From the NCBI GenBank assembly GCA_034437655.1, contig DAOTTU010000046.1, positions 55,115-119,114 of the forward strand: 64,000 bases of DNA, in the 5' to 3' direction. The DNA is from Anaerolineae bacterium (GTDB taxonomy: Bacteria; Chloroflexota; Anaerolineae; Aggregatilineales; J027). The translations under genes and the position numbers were made by a program. Shown one piece after another: positions 46,428 to 54,881 of this stretch. Below the pieces are notes generated by a model. The model was not told the DNA's origin. It worked only from the letters and a program-made list of their open reading frames with translations, and did no database searches. The stretch's first letter is position 1, and each line of letters opens with the position of its first letter.

Positions 46428-48227
46428 GTGAGACCACAGTATTTATTGAGCATTTGTATTCTCATCGCTGCGATGTTGCTGGTAGCGTGTAGTGAAGGCA
46501 GTAGCACCAGCGGCGAATTACCGCCCCTGGAAGGCACCGCCGCCCCCGGCCCCATCACGACGCCGACGTATGTTCCGCTAGCGGTGGATGACGAAATTCA
46601 AGCGCCAGACTGGAGCCGAGGCGAGCATATGTACGCAGCCATGCGCCCGGAATACGCTGTAGATGTCGATGAGTTTGTAGACAAGACCCGCTACTATGTC
46701 GAGGCAGAACTCGAATATGGCATCGAAGCCGTTGTGATTAATGGCCAGCAGCTTGTGCGCTTTACCAACACTACTGAAGTTGCGTTAGATGAGATCGTAT
46801 TTCGGCTGACGGGGAACATCGGGCGGCAAGCGCTGCAAATCCGTGTCGACAACGTCACGCTGGACGGCGCTCCCATTGAACCTATCTATGAAGCACGAGG
46901 CAGTGTGATGGCGGTGCCGTTGCCTGAAACCCTGCCCATTGGTGAATCGGTTGAGATCGGCATGGACTTCATTTTCGTTGCAGAAAACGGCGTACTACCA
47001 ACCCAGCTTGGTTATGCTAACGACCAGTTCCAGATGGTGAACTGGCTGCCGGTGGTGTCAGTGCATGAAGGGCCAGAACTGGGCTGGTTCCGTGACCGTA
47101 TCTTCGGCAATGACTGGGACCCCTACTACGGCGAAATGGCGCTGTTCGAATTGATGTTCACCTACGATAGCGATCTACCACTGGCGATCACGGGCATCAC
47201 CATCGAAGAAATTGACAACAGCGACGGCACTGTTACACACCACATTGTGACCGGGCCCGTGCGCGACAATTTCATCATCACCAGCCCGCAGTTCGGCGTG
47301 ATTACTGATATTACTGAAGGCGTTACGGTGAACGTGTATTTTATGCCGGGCGGTGAACGGGCCGCTGAATGGGTGATGGAAACCTCATTGCGCTCGCTGG
47401 AAATCTTCAATGAAACCTTCGGTGAATATCCCTATAGCACGCTCGACGTTGCCCAGACTGAAACCAATGTTGGCGGGGTCGAATATTCGAATGTGATCCT
47501 TATTGACCGTGGTTTCTGGCAAAACGGGAGTCCTGTCACTGAGTTTATTACCGCTCACGAGGTCGCGCACCAGTGGTGGTATCTGCTGGTCGGCAATAAC
47601 CAGACCCGCGCCCCCTATATGGACGAAGCAATGGCCTCATTTTCTGAGGGTGTATACTGGCGCGAAGCCTACGACGATAACGGCGAACGCTACGATAACT
47701 GGATTGCGAGTGAACGCAACACGGTGAATCAGGTGCGCTTCAACGTGGACGACATGTCGATGTATCAGGAGCCAAACGAAATCAACCCGCCCCAGTTTGC
47801 AGCGGTGGTCTACTATACCCAGGGTAGTGTTTTCTACGATACGTTAGAACAAGCGTTGCGTACCCCGGCCAATCGTATTGGCGAAACTTTTGCCGCGCAG
47901 GGCATTCACCAGCAAGATACTATCGCCGCTGTGCAAAACGATACCAGCTTTACGCGGCACTATAACCGAGCGCTCTATGAAGTCGATAAGGCAGAAATGA
48001 CCTATCGCGCTTTACAACATTACTTCGACAAGATGAAGTACAAACTCAGTAATCCCGCTGAAATCCTGCAAAGCTATGAAGCAGTCACCGGGCAAGAGCT
48101 GGACGCCATCTTCTACGAATTCTTTGGTGAATTCCCTGGGCTGGACCCCGCCGTGATTGAAGGCGAGGCCCCAACAGACGCCACCAACGAGGCAGAAAAC
48201 GTCAATACCAGCTTTATCGGCGGCTAG
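46428..48227 (+). CDS. Lipoprotein M1-family zinc aminopeptidase
   Basis: Lipobox LVAC; GGVEY, HEVAH..WW and the downstream Glu (DEAMASF), then YYTQG. GTG start with a GGAG SD. Confidence 0.88.
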   Translation: MRPQYLLSICILIAAMLLVACSEGSSTSGELPPLEGTAAPGPITTPTYVPLAVDDEIQAPDWSRGEHMYAAMRPEYAVDVDEFVDKTRYYVEAELEYGIEAVVINGQQLVRFTNTTEVALDEIVFRLTGNIGRQALQIRVDNVTLDGAPIEPIYEARGSVMAVPLPETLPIGESVEIGMDFIFVAENGVLPTQLGYANDQFQMVNWLPVVSVHEGPELGWFRDRIFGNDWDPYYGEMALFELMFTYDSDLPLAITGITIEEIDNSDGTVTHHIVTGPVRDNFIITSPQFGVITDITEGVTVNVYFMPGGERAAEWVMETSLRSLEIFNETFGEYPYSTLDVAQTETNVGGVEYSNVILIDRGFWQNGSPVTEFITAHEVAHQWWYLLVGNNQTRAPYMDEAMASFSEGVYWREAYDDNGERYDNWIASERNTVNQVRFNVDDMSMYQEPNEINPPQFAAVVYYTQGSVFYDTLEQALRTPANRIGETFAAQGIHQQDTIAAVQNDTSFTRHYNRALYEVDKAEMTYRALQHYFDKMKYKLSNPAEILQSYEAVTGQELDAIFYEFFGEFPGLDPAVIEGEAPTDATNEAENVNTSFIGG

Positions 48228-48260
48228 CTGACAACCGTCTGGCATCAACTACAACAAGGG

Positions 48261-48296
48261 CATGATTCCATATTCGGAACATGCTCTTTTTAATTT
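48261..48296 (+). terminator. Possible terminator after the M1 peptidase gene
   Basis: CATG-A-TTCC-(ATATTC)-GGAA-CATG followed by CTCTTTTTAATTTT. Confidence 0.45.
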
Positions 48297-48324
48297 TGAC
48301 AGCAACCACCCCCCTCTCTATAAT
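48296..48324 (+). promoter_or_regulatory. Perfect consensus sigma70 promoter of the upp operon
   Basis: TTGACA (48296-48301), 17-nt spacer, TATAAT (48319-48324). Confidence 0.88.
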
Positions 48325-48383
48325 CTGCCGTGGCTCAATGACAACAAGCGAAGCCCGATTAAGCAAGGAAGGCGATCTGTTAC

Positions 48384-49010
48384 ATGGAAAACGTTCACGT
48401 CTCAAATCATCCGCTGCTGTTGCACAAACTGACCCTGTTGCGTAATGCTGAAACCAAACACCGCCAATTTCGTGAACTGGTCGGTGAAATGGCGAAGCTC
48501 CTGTGTTACGAAGCCACTCGCGACTTACCCGTGCAAGATACGACTGTTACAACCCCGATGGGTGAAGCTGGCGGCCAACGTCTGATGACAGAAATCGGGT
48601 TGGTGCCAATCTTACGCGCCGGTCTCGGTATGGTGGACGGATTGCTGGAAATGATCCCCAGTTCGCAGGTATGGCATCTCGGCTTTTATCGCGACGAGGA
48701 AACACTGCGCCCGGTGGCCTACTACAACAAACTTCCGAACGAAGCGACGGTGCAGGTCTGCCTTGTGTTGGACCCAATGCTGGCGACAGGTGGTTCGGCC
48801 GTTGCGGCTGTGCAAACCCTCAAAGACTGGGGAATAGACCACATCAAATTCGTAGGGCTAATCGGTGCGCCCGAAGGCATTCAACACTTTCACAAGCACC
48901 ACCCCGAGGTTCCCATCCATTTAGCGGCGGTAGACGAACGGCTCAACGACATCGGCTTTATTGTGCCGGGGCTGGGCGATGCAGGTGACCGTCAGTTTGG
49001 CACTGCATAG
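48384..49010 (+). CDS. upp: Uracil phosphoribosyltransferase
   Basis: [50 protein letters not shown]. Confidence 0.97.
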   Translation: MENVHVSNHPLLLHKLTLLRNAETKHRQFRELVGEMAKLLCYEATRDLPVQDTTVTTPMGEAGGQRLMTEIGLVPILRAGLGMVDGLLEMIPSSQVWHLGFYRDEETLRPVAYYNKLPNEATVQVCLVLDPMLATGGSAVAAVQTLKDWGIDHIKFVGLIGAPEGIQHFHKHHPEVPIHLAAVDERLNDIGFIVPGLGDAGDRQFGTA

Positions 49011-49013
49011 ATT

Positions 49014-50114
49014 ATGTCTGCAACACTTGCTGAGCATGGCCTCTCGTTTGCCATCATCTTTGGCGTGGGGTTCGGGGTTGCCCTGCTGTTAACCCCCCTG
49101 ACCATGCGCCTCAGCCATCGCTGGGGCATTGTGCGTGAACCGGGTGGTCGTCGGCAGCACCACAAAACCATGCCGCTGTTGGGTGGGTTGGCAATCGTTG
49201 TCGCCTTTTACGCAGCAGTTGGTGTCGCACAATTACTCCCTGCTGAACGCACTGACCCCAACGAGGTTATCCGGCTGACCGGGTTGGTGCTTGGCGGGCT
49301 GTTTATCGCGGCGGTAGGGTTTCTGGACGACCGTTTCGAACTTTCCCCTATCCCGCTGTACATCGCGCAACTCATTGCGGCTGCGATTGCCGTTGCGTTC
49401 CTGATCTTCATTGAGGGTTTCAATAACCCCATCAACGGTCAAACGGTCACGGGCTGGCCATTTGTTGTAACCGTCACGATTACCCTTTTCTGGCTTGGTT
49501 TTATGATGAATACCGTCAATTGGCTGGACGGGCTAGATGGGTTGGCTGGCGGTGTCGCTGCGATTGCCGCCTTTATGATGTTCTATCACGCCACGTTTCA
49601 ACTCAACCAGATCAGCGTTGGGTTTTTGCCGCTGGCACTATTTGGCGCAACGCTCGGCTTTCTGGTCTATAACTTCCACCCGGCAAAGGTGTTTATGGGG
49701 GGTAGTGCATGGTTTTTGGGGTTTGCGCTCGGCGTGTTAAGCATCATTGGCGGGGCCAAGGTTGCTACAATTTTATTGGTGATGGGGCTACCCCTGTTGG
49801 ATGTTGGCTGGCAAATTGTGCGCCGCATCCTCGAAGGTCAAAACCCGATGATTGGCGACCGGGGGCACCTGCATTTCCGATTGGTGGATATGGGCTATTC
49901 ACAGCGGACCATCGTACTCGGTTACTACTTCTTCTGCGCCATGTTCGGCACTATCGCACTGATGACAACCAGCCGCCTGTTTAAGCTGATTTCGCTAGTC
50001 GTAATGGGGCTCATCTTGCTCGGTGCATTTGCGCTGGTAAGCTGGCAATACAGCCGCCAGAAAGCCGCGCTGGCCAATACCAGCCACGAAAGCGAACCCT
50101 CTACAAGTCCGTAG
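49014..50114 (+). CDS. MraY/WecA/TagO family UDP-GlcNAc:undecaprenyl-phosphate GlcNAc-1-P transferase
   Basis: PLLGG, GFLDDR, NTVNWLDGLDGLA, YNFHPAKVFMG, DRGHLHFRL; multi-pass TM. Confidence 0.9.
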   Translation: MSATLAEHGLSFAIIFGVGFGVALLLTPLTMRLSHRWGIVREPGGRRQHHKTMPLLGGLAIVVAFYAAVGVAQLLPAERTDPNEVIRLTGLVLGGLFIAAVGFLDDRFELSPIPLYIAQLIAAAIAVAFLIFIEGFNNPINGQTVTGWPFVVTVTITLFWLGFMMNTVNWLDGLDGLAGGVAAIAAFMMFYHATFQLNQISVGFLPLALFGATLGFLVYNFHPAKVFMGGSAWFLGFALGVLSIIGGAKVATILLVMGLPLLDVGWQIVRRILEGQNPMIGDRGHLHFRLVDMGYSQRTIVLGYYFFCAMFGTIALMTTSRLFKLISLVVMGLILLGAFALVSWQYSRQKAALANTSHESEPSTSP

Positions 50115-51123
50115 GATCGGCGGGCAGTGTGTGGTCGTCGTCAGTGAGGGGCAATTCCGGCAAGTCAGGGGGTGGTGCTGGCGTGGCCGGTGGTGTCGCG
50201 GCTGAAGACGGGGTGTTATTATCCGCTGCGCCTCGGCGTTGCATGGCCTGTGTTTTGCCAATGCCGGGGTGCCATTCGTCTGGCAGGGCATCGTGGGCCC
50301 GGGTAAGTTCTTCGCCACCGAGGTTGCGGGCAATAACTTCGACAGTGCGCGGCGAAATCCAGGTAAGCGTGTCAATCTGCACGGCACGGGCTCCCGCATC
50401 AAGGAAGTCGCGAGCATCGTCTGGCGTGTGAATGCCACCGCAGGCAATGATCGGGGTGTCGGTGTTGCTGGCAATTTGCCCCACCAGCCGCAGATTTTGC
50501 CCTTTCATCAAGCGTCCATACATCCGTCCCCCGACCAGCCGGCCCGACTGTGGGTCGCGTTCGGTGCCACGCGGCGGTGCAGACACAACCATTGCATCCG
50601 CGCCGCACATTTCAACCACTTCCCATAGAAACTGAGCCTGATACAGCGGCAGCTTAACCAACATTGGCAACTGGCACCGTGCCCGCGCTGCGCTGAGAAT
50701 ATCCTGAACCTCGTCGGGATGAACAAGATCATGCAAGCCCAGTTCAACGCCAACAACGTTTGGCACCCCCTCAAGACGCTCGGTAGTACGGGTGATGTCA
50801 TCCAGATTCGATGCAATCACATGTACAATGATAGGAATAGGGCACCGTTCCCAGCCGCGTGCGTATTGTTTCACGACACGGTTCACACCCGGATGCGGCA
50901 AGCCAGTATGCAATAACATACCGCCTGTGGTTTGCACGACGCGCGGGCCGTGGGCAACCTTCCGTGCTTTCGCAGAGACAGGCGCGGTCACGGCTGCACC
51001 GAGTTTGTCGAGCTTGAGTAAGTCGCGATAGGCGAGCGGGTCAAAGCCCATCATGCCGCTGGCAATCATCACCGGGCTATTGAGTACGAGCGAGTATTTG
51101 CCGGGGCGCGTAATTTCAATCAA
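50101..51123 (-). CDS. Dihydroorotate dehydrogenase (family 1B PyrD)-like flavoprotein with an eroded active site
   Basis: PyrD scaffold (NSPVMIASG, PRV..T.GGML, LVKL, GAD, PIIACGGI, AGARAVQ), but the catalytic NxSCPN loop is absent. Confidence 0.8.
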   Translation of the reverse strand: MIEITRPGKYSLVLNSPVMIASGMMGFDPLAYRDLLKLDKLGAAVTAPVSAKARKVAHGPRVVQTTGGMLLHTGLPHPGVNRVVKQYARGWERCPIPIIVHVIASNLDDITRTTERLEGVPNVVGVELGLHDLVHPDEVQDILSAARARCQLPMLVKLPLYQAQFLWEVVEMCGADAMVVSAPPRGTERDPQSGRLVGGRMYGRLMKGQNLRLVGQIASNTDTPIIACGGIHTPDDARDFLDAGARAVQIDTLTWISPRTVEVIARNLGGEELTRAHDALPDEWHPGIGKTQAMQRRGAADNNTPSSAATPPATPAPPPDLPELPLTDDDHTLPADPTDL

Positions 51124-51851
51124 AAGCGCACCTTCCCGAGGTCAAACGCCGGGCCATCAACACATGCTGCATGATGACTGACCAGACAGGCCATACAACT
51201 CCCCGTGCCACAGGGCAATGGATAGTCAAACACGCCATAGAGGAAGTTCTCGGGCAGGGCGTGGCGGATGTCACGCATGGCTCGTAGTAGATGCGTGAAA
51301 CGATCATGAGCCTGATAAACATCTGTCAGCACAAAAATCTGGTCTGCCCACAACACCGTCGCTTTGAATGATGGCCATTGCTGCGGATTATCACTATAGA
51401 TAATTTCTGTTTCGGGGGGTAACGAATTCACTGGATAAGCCGTGAGCATCCCCGCCGCGACCAGCGTCACCGAAACGCCTCGCCGTAAGGCAGCCACCAG
51501 CAGATAGCGCAGGCGCGTGAGTGGATAATCCTGCACGACCAGCAACAAATTACGGGTAGGGTCTTCGAGCGGGAACGCCGCCCCGACCGGGCCAATCACG
51601 CTGACAACATCGCCGGGATCAAGCCATTCGTTTTCGCGGCGCTCAATTTCAAGCACGCCTGCTCTGGCGTCGTAGTCCACTGGTATCCACAATTGACGTA
51701 GATAAGGGTCGAAGCGGTCTTCACGCCGCACCAGCAAGCTCTGCCCGGGTCGGAGCTGCTCAAGGGCATTATCTTCAACGGCTAGCGAGACGTGCTGCCA
51801 ACCGTCACTGATGCGGCGTACCCGTTCGATAATCGCGAGGCTTTCGCGCAT
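51120..51851 (-). CDS. PyrK-like (DHODH electron-transfer subunit-like) protein with a [2Fe-2S] motif
   Basis: PGQ, GPVG and C-terminal CGTGSCMAC..CVDGPAF. The FAD (RPxS) and NAD (GGGxG) motifs are degenerate. ATGA-type overlap with the PyrD-like gene. Confidence 0.75.
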   Translation of the reverse strand: MRESLAIIERVRRISDGWQHVSLAVEDNALEQLRPGQSLLVRREDRFDPYLRQLWIPVDYDARAGVLEIERRENEWLDPGDVVSVIGPVGAAFPLEDPTRNLLLVVQDYPLTRLRYLLVAALRRGVSVTLVAAGMLTAYPVNSLPPETEIIYSDNPQQWPSFKATVLWADQIFVLTDVYQAHDRFTHLLRAMRDIRHALPENFLYGVFDYPLPCGTGSCMACLVSHHAACVDGPAFDLGKVRF

Positions 51852-51857
51852 GATGTC

Positions 51858-52250
51858 CTATAACAGTCCTTGCAGCCCACTCGGGAGCATTCCGCCCATG
51901 TTGCCTGTAATGGACTCCATGCGTTCAGAAGCCATTGCCTGCGACTGTTCAATAGCAGAATTCACAGCGGCAACCAGCAGGTCCTGCAAGTCAGTGGCCC
52001 AATCTTCGTCTTCAACGTCAATAATGTCGGGGTCAATCTTGATGGCCTGTACACGCTGATGGCCGGTAATCGTCACAGTAATGGCTCCCCCGCCGGCCGT
52101 CACATCAATCGTTTCGGTTTCAAGCGCTTTCTGTGCAGCAGCCATGTCTTCTTGCATTTTCTGCATTTGCTTGAGCAGCGCAGCCTGGTTCGCGCCACCA
52201 CCTGCACCGGGCATACCACCACCGCGTGATTTTTTGCTTCGTTTGGCCAT
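51858..52250 (-). CDS. ybaB: YbaB/EbfC nucleoid-associated protein
   Basis: LLKQMQKMQ..M..AQ..L, AGGGAI.V.I.G, IDP, LQDLL.AAVN.A. Confidence 0.93.
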   Translation of the reverse strand: MAKRSKKSRGGGMPGAGGGANQAALLKQMQKMQEDMAAAQKALETETIDVTAGGGAITVTITGHQRVQAIKIDPDIIDVEDEDWATDLQDLLVAAVNSAIEQSQAMASERMESITGNMGGMLPSGLQGLL

Positions 52251-52270
52251 AATATTCTCCTTGCTATGGA

Positions 52271-53827
52271 TTATTCGTCGTCAATATATTCAATTGTGGC
52301 ACCCAGCTCATGCACTGCGCGCCGGAAAAATTCGTCATTCTGAATTGTATCAGCCTCAGATGCATTGCCCGCACCTTCATGGGCCAATTCTAAACGAACA
52401 CCAATGCCTGCGCCAAAGGTTGCCTGTACGGCTTCTACCACAAATTGCCAGCGCCCTTCAAGCTGTTGGTGCAAGTTCGGGTCTTGCAAGCCGACAACTA
52501 CTGTTTTTCCGCCATCGTCTACGCGCAGCACAGCACACTGTTGCAACATCCCTTTGAGTGAGCTTTTTTGCGACACAACCGCCGCCACAATTTTAGGCCA
52601 GGCATGGTGTGCATCGTCGAAGCTCAGCAAAGGCGCAGTACCGTCGGTAGCAGATGGCGGTTCAACTTTTGGGGCCGGTTTAGATGGGCGTGGCATGGCA
52701 GGCGGTGGTGGTTTCGGCGGTGTTGCAGGTGTATCGTCAACAGCGACGCCAAGTGTGACTTCTACGAGGGCAAGTTCAAGCGGTAGTTGCGGTTGCCAGC
52801 CACCGCGCATGTCACTGATTGCCGCGTTAAAGAGCTGGATGGAGCGCAACAACAGTCGGTGTTCAAACACGCTGGCTTGCTCCTCAAGCATACGGCGCTC
52901 ATCTTCAGACGCATCTACCAGTGTGCCACCCCCCATTTTGATGAGCAGCAACCGTCGCAGATGTTCGACGAGTTGCCGGGCGAACTGGCGTGGGTCAGCC
53001 CCGGTATCCACCGCTTGATTAATTTGATCCAGCCCGTAGGCGGTATCTCGTTGCAAAATGGCGTGGCTGACTTCCCAGACGTAGCGTGTACCGGCCGCCC
53101 CAAGCATTGCCTGTGCAATTTCATAAGAGACATGCTCAGTCGGGTCGGTCACAATCTGGTCAAGTAAGCTGATGCTATCACGCACACTACCTGTTCCCTG
53201 CCGTGCCACCAATTCAAGGACAGCATCGTCAATACTGATACCTTCCGCATCACAGATACGGCGTAAATGCTCGCTTACTTCACGGATAGAGACACGCCGA
53301 AACTCAAAGATCAAGCAACGGCTTTTAATGGTATCTGGCACCTTATGAATCTCGGTGGTTGCCAGCACAAAAATTGCATGGTCGGGCGGTTCTTCCAGCG
53401 TTTTGAGCAACGCATCAAAGGCTGCCCCAGAAAACCGATGCACTTCGTCAATGATATAGACTTTGTAGCGCCCATCACTGGGGGCAAAGGCGACTTTGTC
53501 GCGCAGGTCTCGCACATCATCTACCCCGGTATGGGAAGCCGCGTCAATTTCGATGATATCCAGAAAGCGTCCCTTATTCACGGCGATGCAGTGCGCACAG
53601 ACGTTGCAAGGACGTTCAGCCGGGTCAGGGTCCAGGCAATTCACCGCTTTCGCCAGCAAGCGGGCGGTTGTTGTTTTGCCGGTGCCGCGTGGCCCACTGA
53701 ACAGGTAAGCATGTCGCACCCGGTCTAGACGGATAGCACCACGAATTGTGCGTGTGATGTGTTCTTGCCCAATGACATCACTAAAATGTTGAGGACGCCA
53801 CTTTAAGTAAAGCGCCTGTGTTGCCAC
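52271..53827 (-). CDS. dnaX: DNA polymerase III subunit gamma/tau
   Basis: ALYLKWRPQ.F, GPRGTGKTT, Zn motif C..PCNVCAHC, EIDAAS, IIDEVH, LKTLEEPP, TIKSRC, GSVRD. Confidence 0.97.
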   Translation of the reverse strand: MATQALYLKWRPQHFSDVIGQEHITRTIRGAIRLDRVRHAYLFSGPRGTGKTTTARLLAKAVNCLDPDPAERPCNVCAHCIAVNKGRFLDIIEIDAASHTGVDDVRDLRDKVAFAPSDGRYKVYIIDEVHRFSGAAFDALLKTLEEPPDHAIFVLATTEIHKVPDTIKSRCLIFEFRRVSIREVSEHLRRICDAEGISIDDAVLELVARQGTGSVRDSISLLDQIVTDPTEHVSYEIAQAMLGAAGTRYVWEVSHAILQRDTAYGLDQINQAVDTGADPRQFARQLVEHLRRLLLIKMGGGTLVDASEDERRMLEEQASVFEHRLLLRSIQLFNAAISDMRGGWQPQLPLELALVEVTLGVAVDDTPATPPKPPPPAMPRPSKPAPKVEPPSATDGTAPLLSFDDAHHAWPKIVAAVVSQKSSLKGMLQQCAVLRVDDGGKTVVVGLQDPNLHQQLEGRWQFVVEAVQATFGAGIGVRLELAHEGAGNASEADTIQNDEFFRRAVHELGATIEYIDDE

Positions 53828-53872
53828 TACAGTTTGTCCTTTTTCTCAAGAAAGCCCTGGGTGACGCTATGG

Positions 53873-54691
53873 TTACTGCGTGTTCAACTGCAACGCAGTT
53901 TCTAGCTCGTCAATACGTGTCGCGATTTCGATATCTTTAACAATGCTATCATGCAGCGGATGAACCGTCATGCGCTCAACAATTAAATGATCGTCAATAA
54001 TGAGGTCAATACGACCCAGGAATTGGCCGTGGCTGCCAGCTTGCGCAATAGAAACACCGTTTATTTCGATGCCGTGCGGCAAAAGTGAATGACTGTGTCC
54101 GCCGATGATTAACTCTACGTCACCGTGTAGCGCTCTGGCAAGCTGAATATCATCGTATAAACCAAGATGGGAGAGTACGATCACCGTATCAACACGGTGG
54201 GTTTCGCGCAGCTCACGGCATTGTTGCCGCATGCTGGACAACAACGGCAACGTCTGTAAGTTGTGATACTTGATGTAACTGACATCGTAAGCAGTCACGC
54301 CCAAAAAACCAATCTGCGCGTTGTTGACGGGCAACACATACGTGGTTACAGTCCCCGGGATTGCACCGCCATCTGGCATTGCGAGATTGCCAACGACAAT
54401 CGGAACATGTGCCGCATACTCCGCAACAATATCCATGCCCCAGCGTTTGATACACTTATTACCCAACACCGACACCTGGCACCGGGCCATCTTTAGCAAT
54501 TCGTACATCGCACGACCACGAGTCGCCTTGCTCAGCGGTGCATGTTTATCGAGGCTGTCGCCAGCGTCAACATAGACGACTGGCACCTGTGGTCGCTGGT
54601 GTTGAAGTTGCTGCCGCAGTGTGGCAACTCTGGCAAGGGCACGGGCGTTTCCGTGGATGTCGTTGGTGTGCAGAATCGACAATTTTTGCAT
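53873..54691 (-). CDS. Calcineurin-like metallophosphoesterase (5'-nucleotidase N-terminal-domain type, no C-terminal domain)
   Basis: ILHTNDIHG, DAGD, LGNK, LSHLG, IIGGHSH, QAG..G. Start moved to ATG 54691. Confidence 0.8.
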   Translation of the reverse strand: MQKLSILHTNDIHGNARALARVATLRQQLQHQRPQVPVVYVDAGDSLDKHAPLSKATRGRAMYELLKMARCQVSVLGNKCIKRWGMDIVAEYAAHVPIVVGNLAMPDGGAIPGTVTTYVLPVNNAQIGFLGVTAYDVSYIKYHNLQTLPLLSSMRQQCRELRETHRVDTVIVLSHLGLYDDIQLARALHGDVELIIGGHSHSLLPHGIEINGVSIAQAGSHGQFLGRIDLIIDDHLIVERMTVHPLHDSIVKDIEIATRIDELETALQLNTQ

Positions 54692-54881
54692 AAAAGCATT
54701 GTGCCACAAGATTAAGCCGCTTGGCAGGGTCCACATTTTGCGTCAGAATAAAGTAAAGGACTATAATATAGGCGCTTGTCATCCTGATAAAGCTGGTGTG
54801 TCTACATAAAACATCAACCGCGTACGGTTATAGTCATCATTCGTCTAAGTAATGCAATGCAGTAAACATAGATATATAGCC

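Noticed and set aside
53828-53872. SRP RNA (ffs) or recR beside dnaX/ybaB
   Set aside because: The upstream gap is only 45 nt, and the position after ybaB is taken by the PyrK-like gene.
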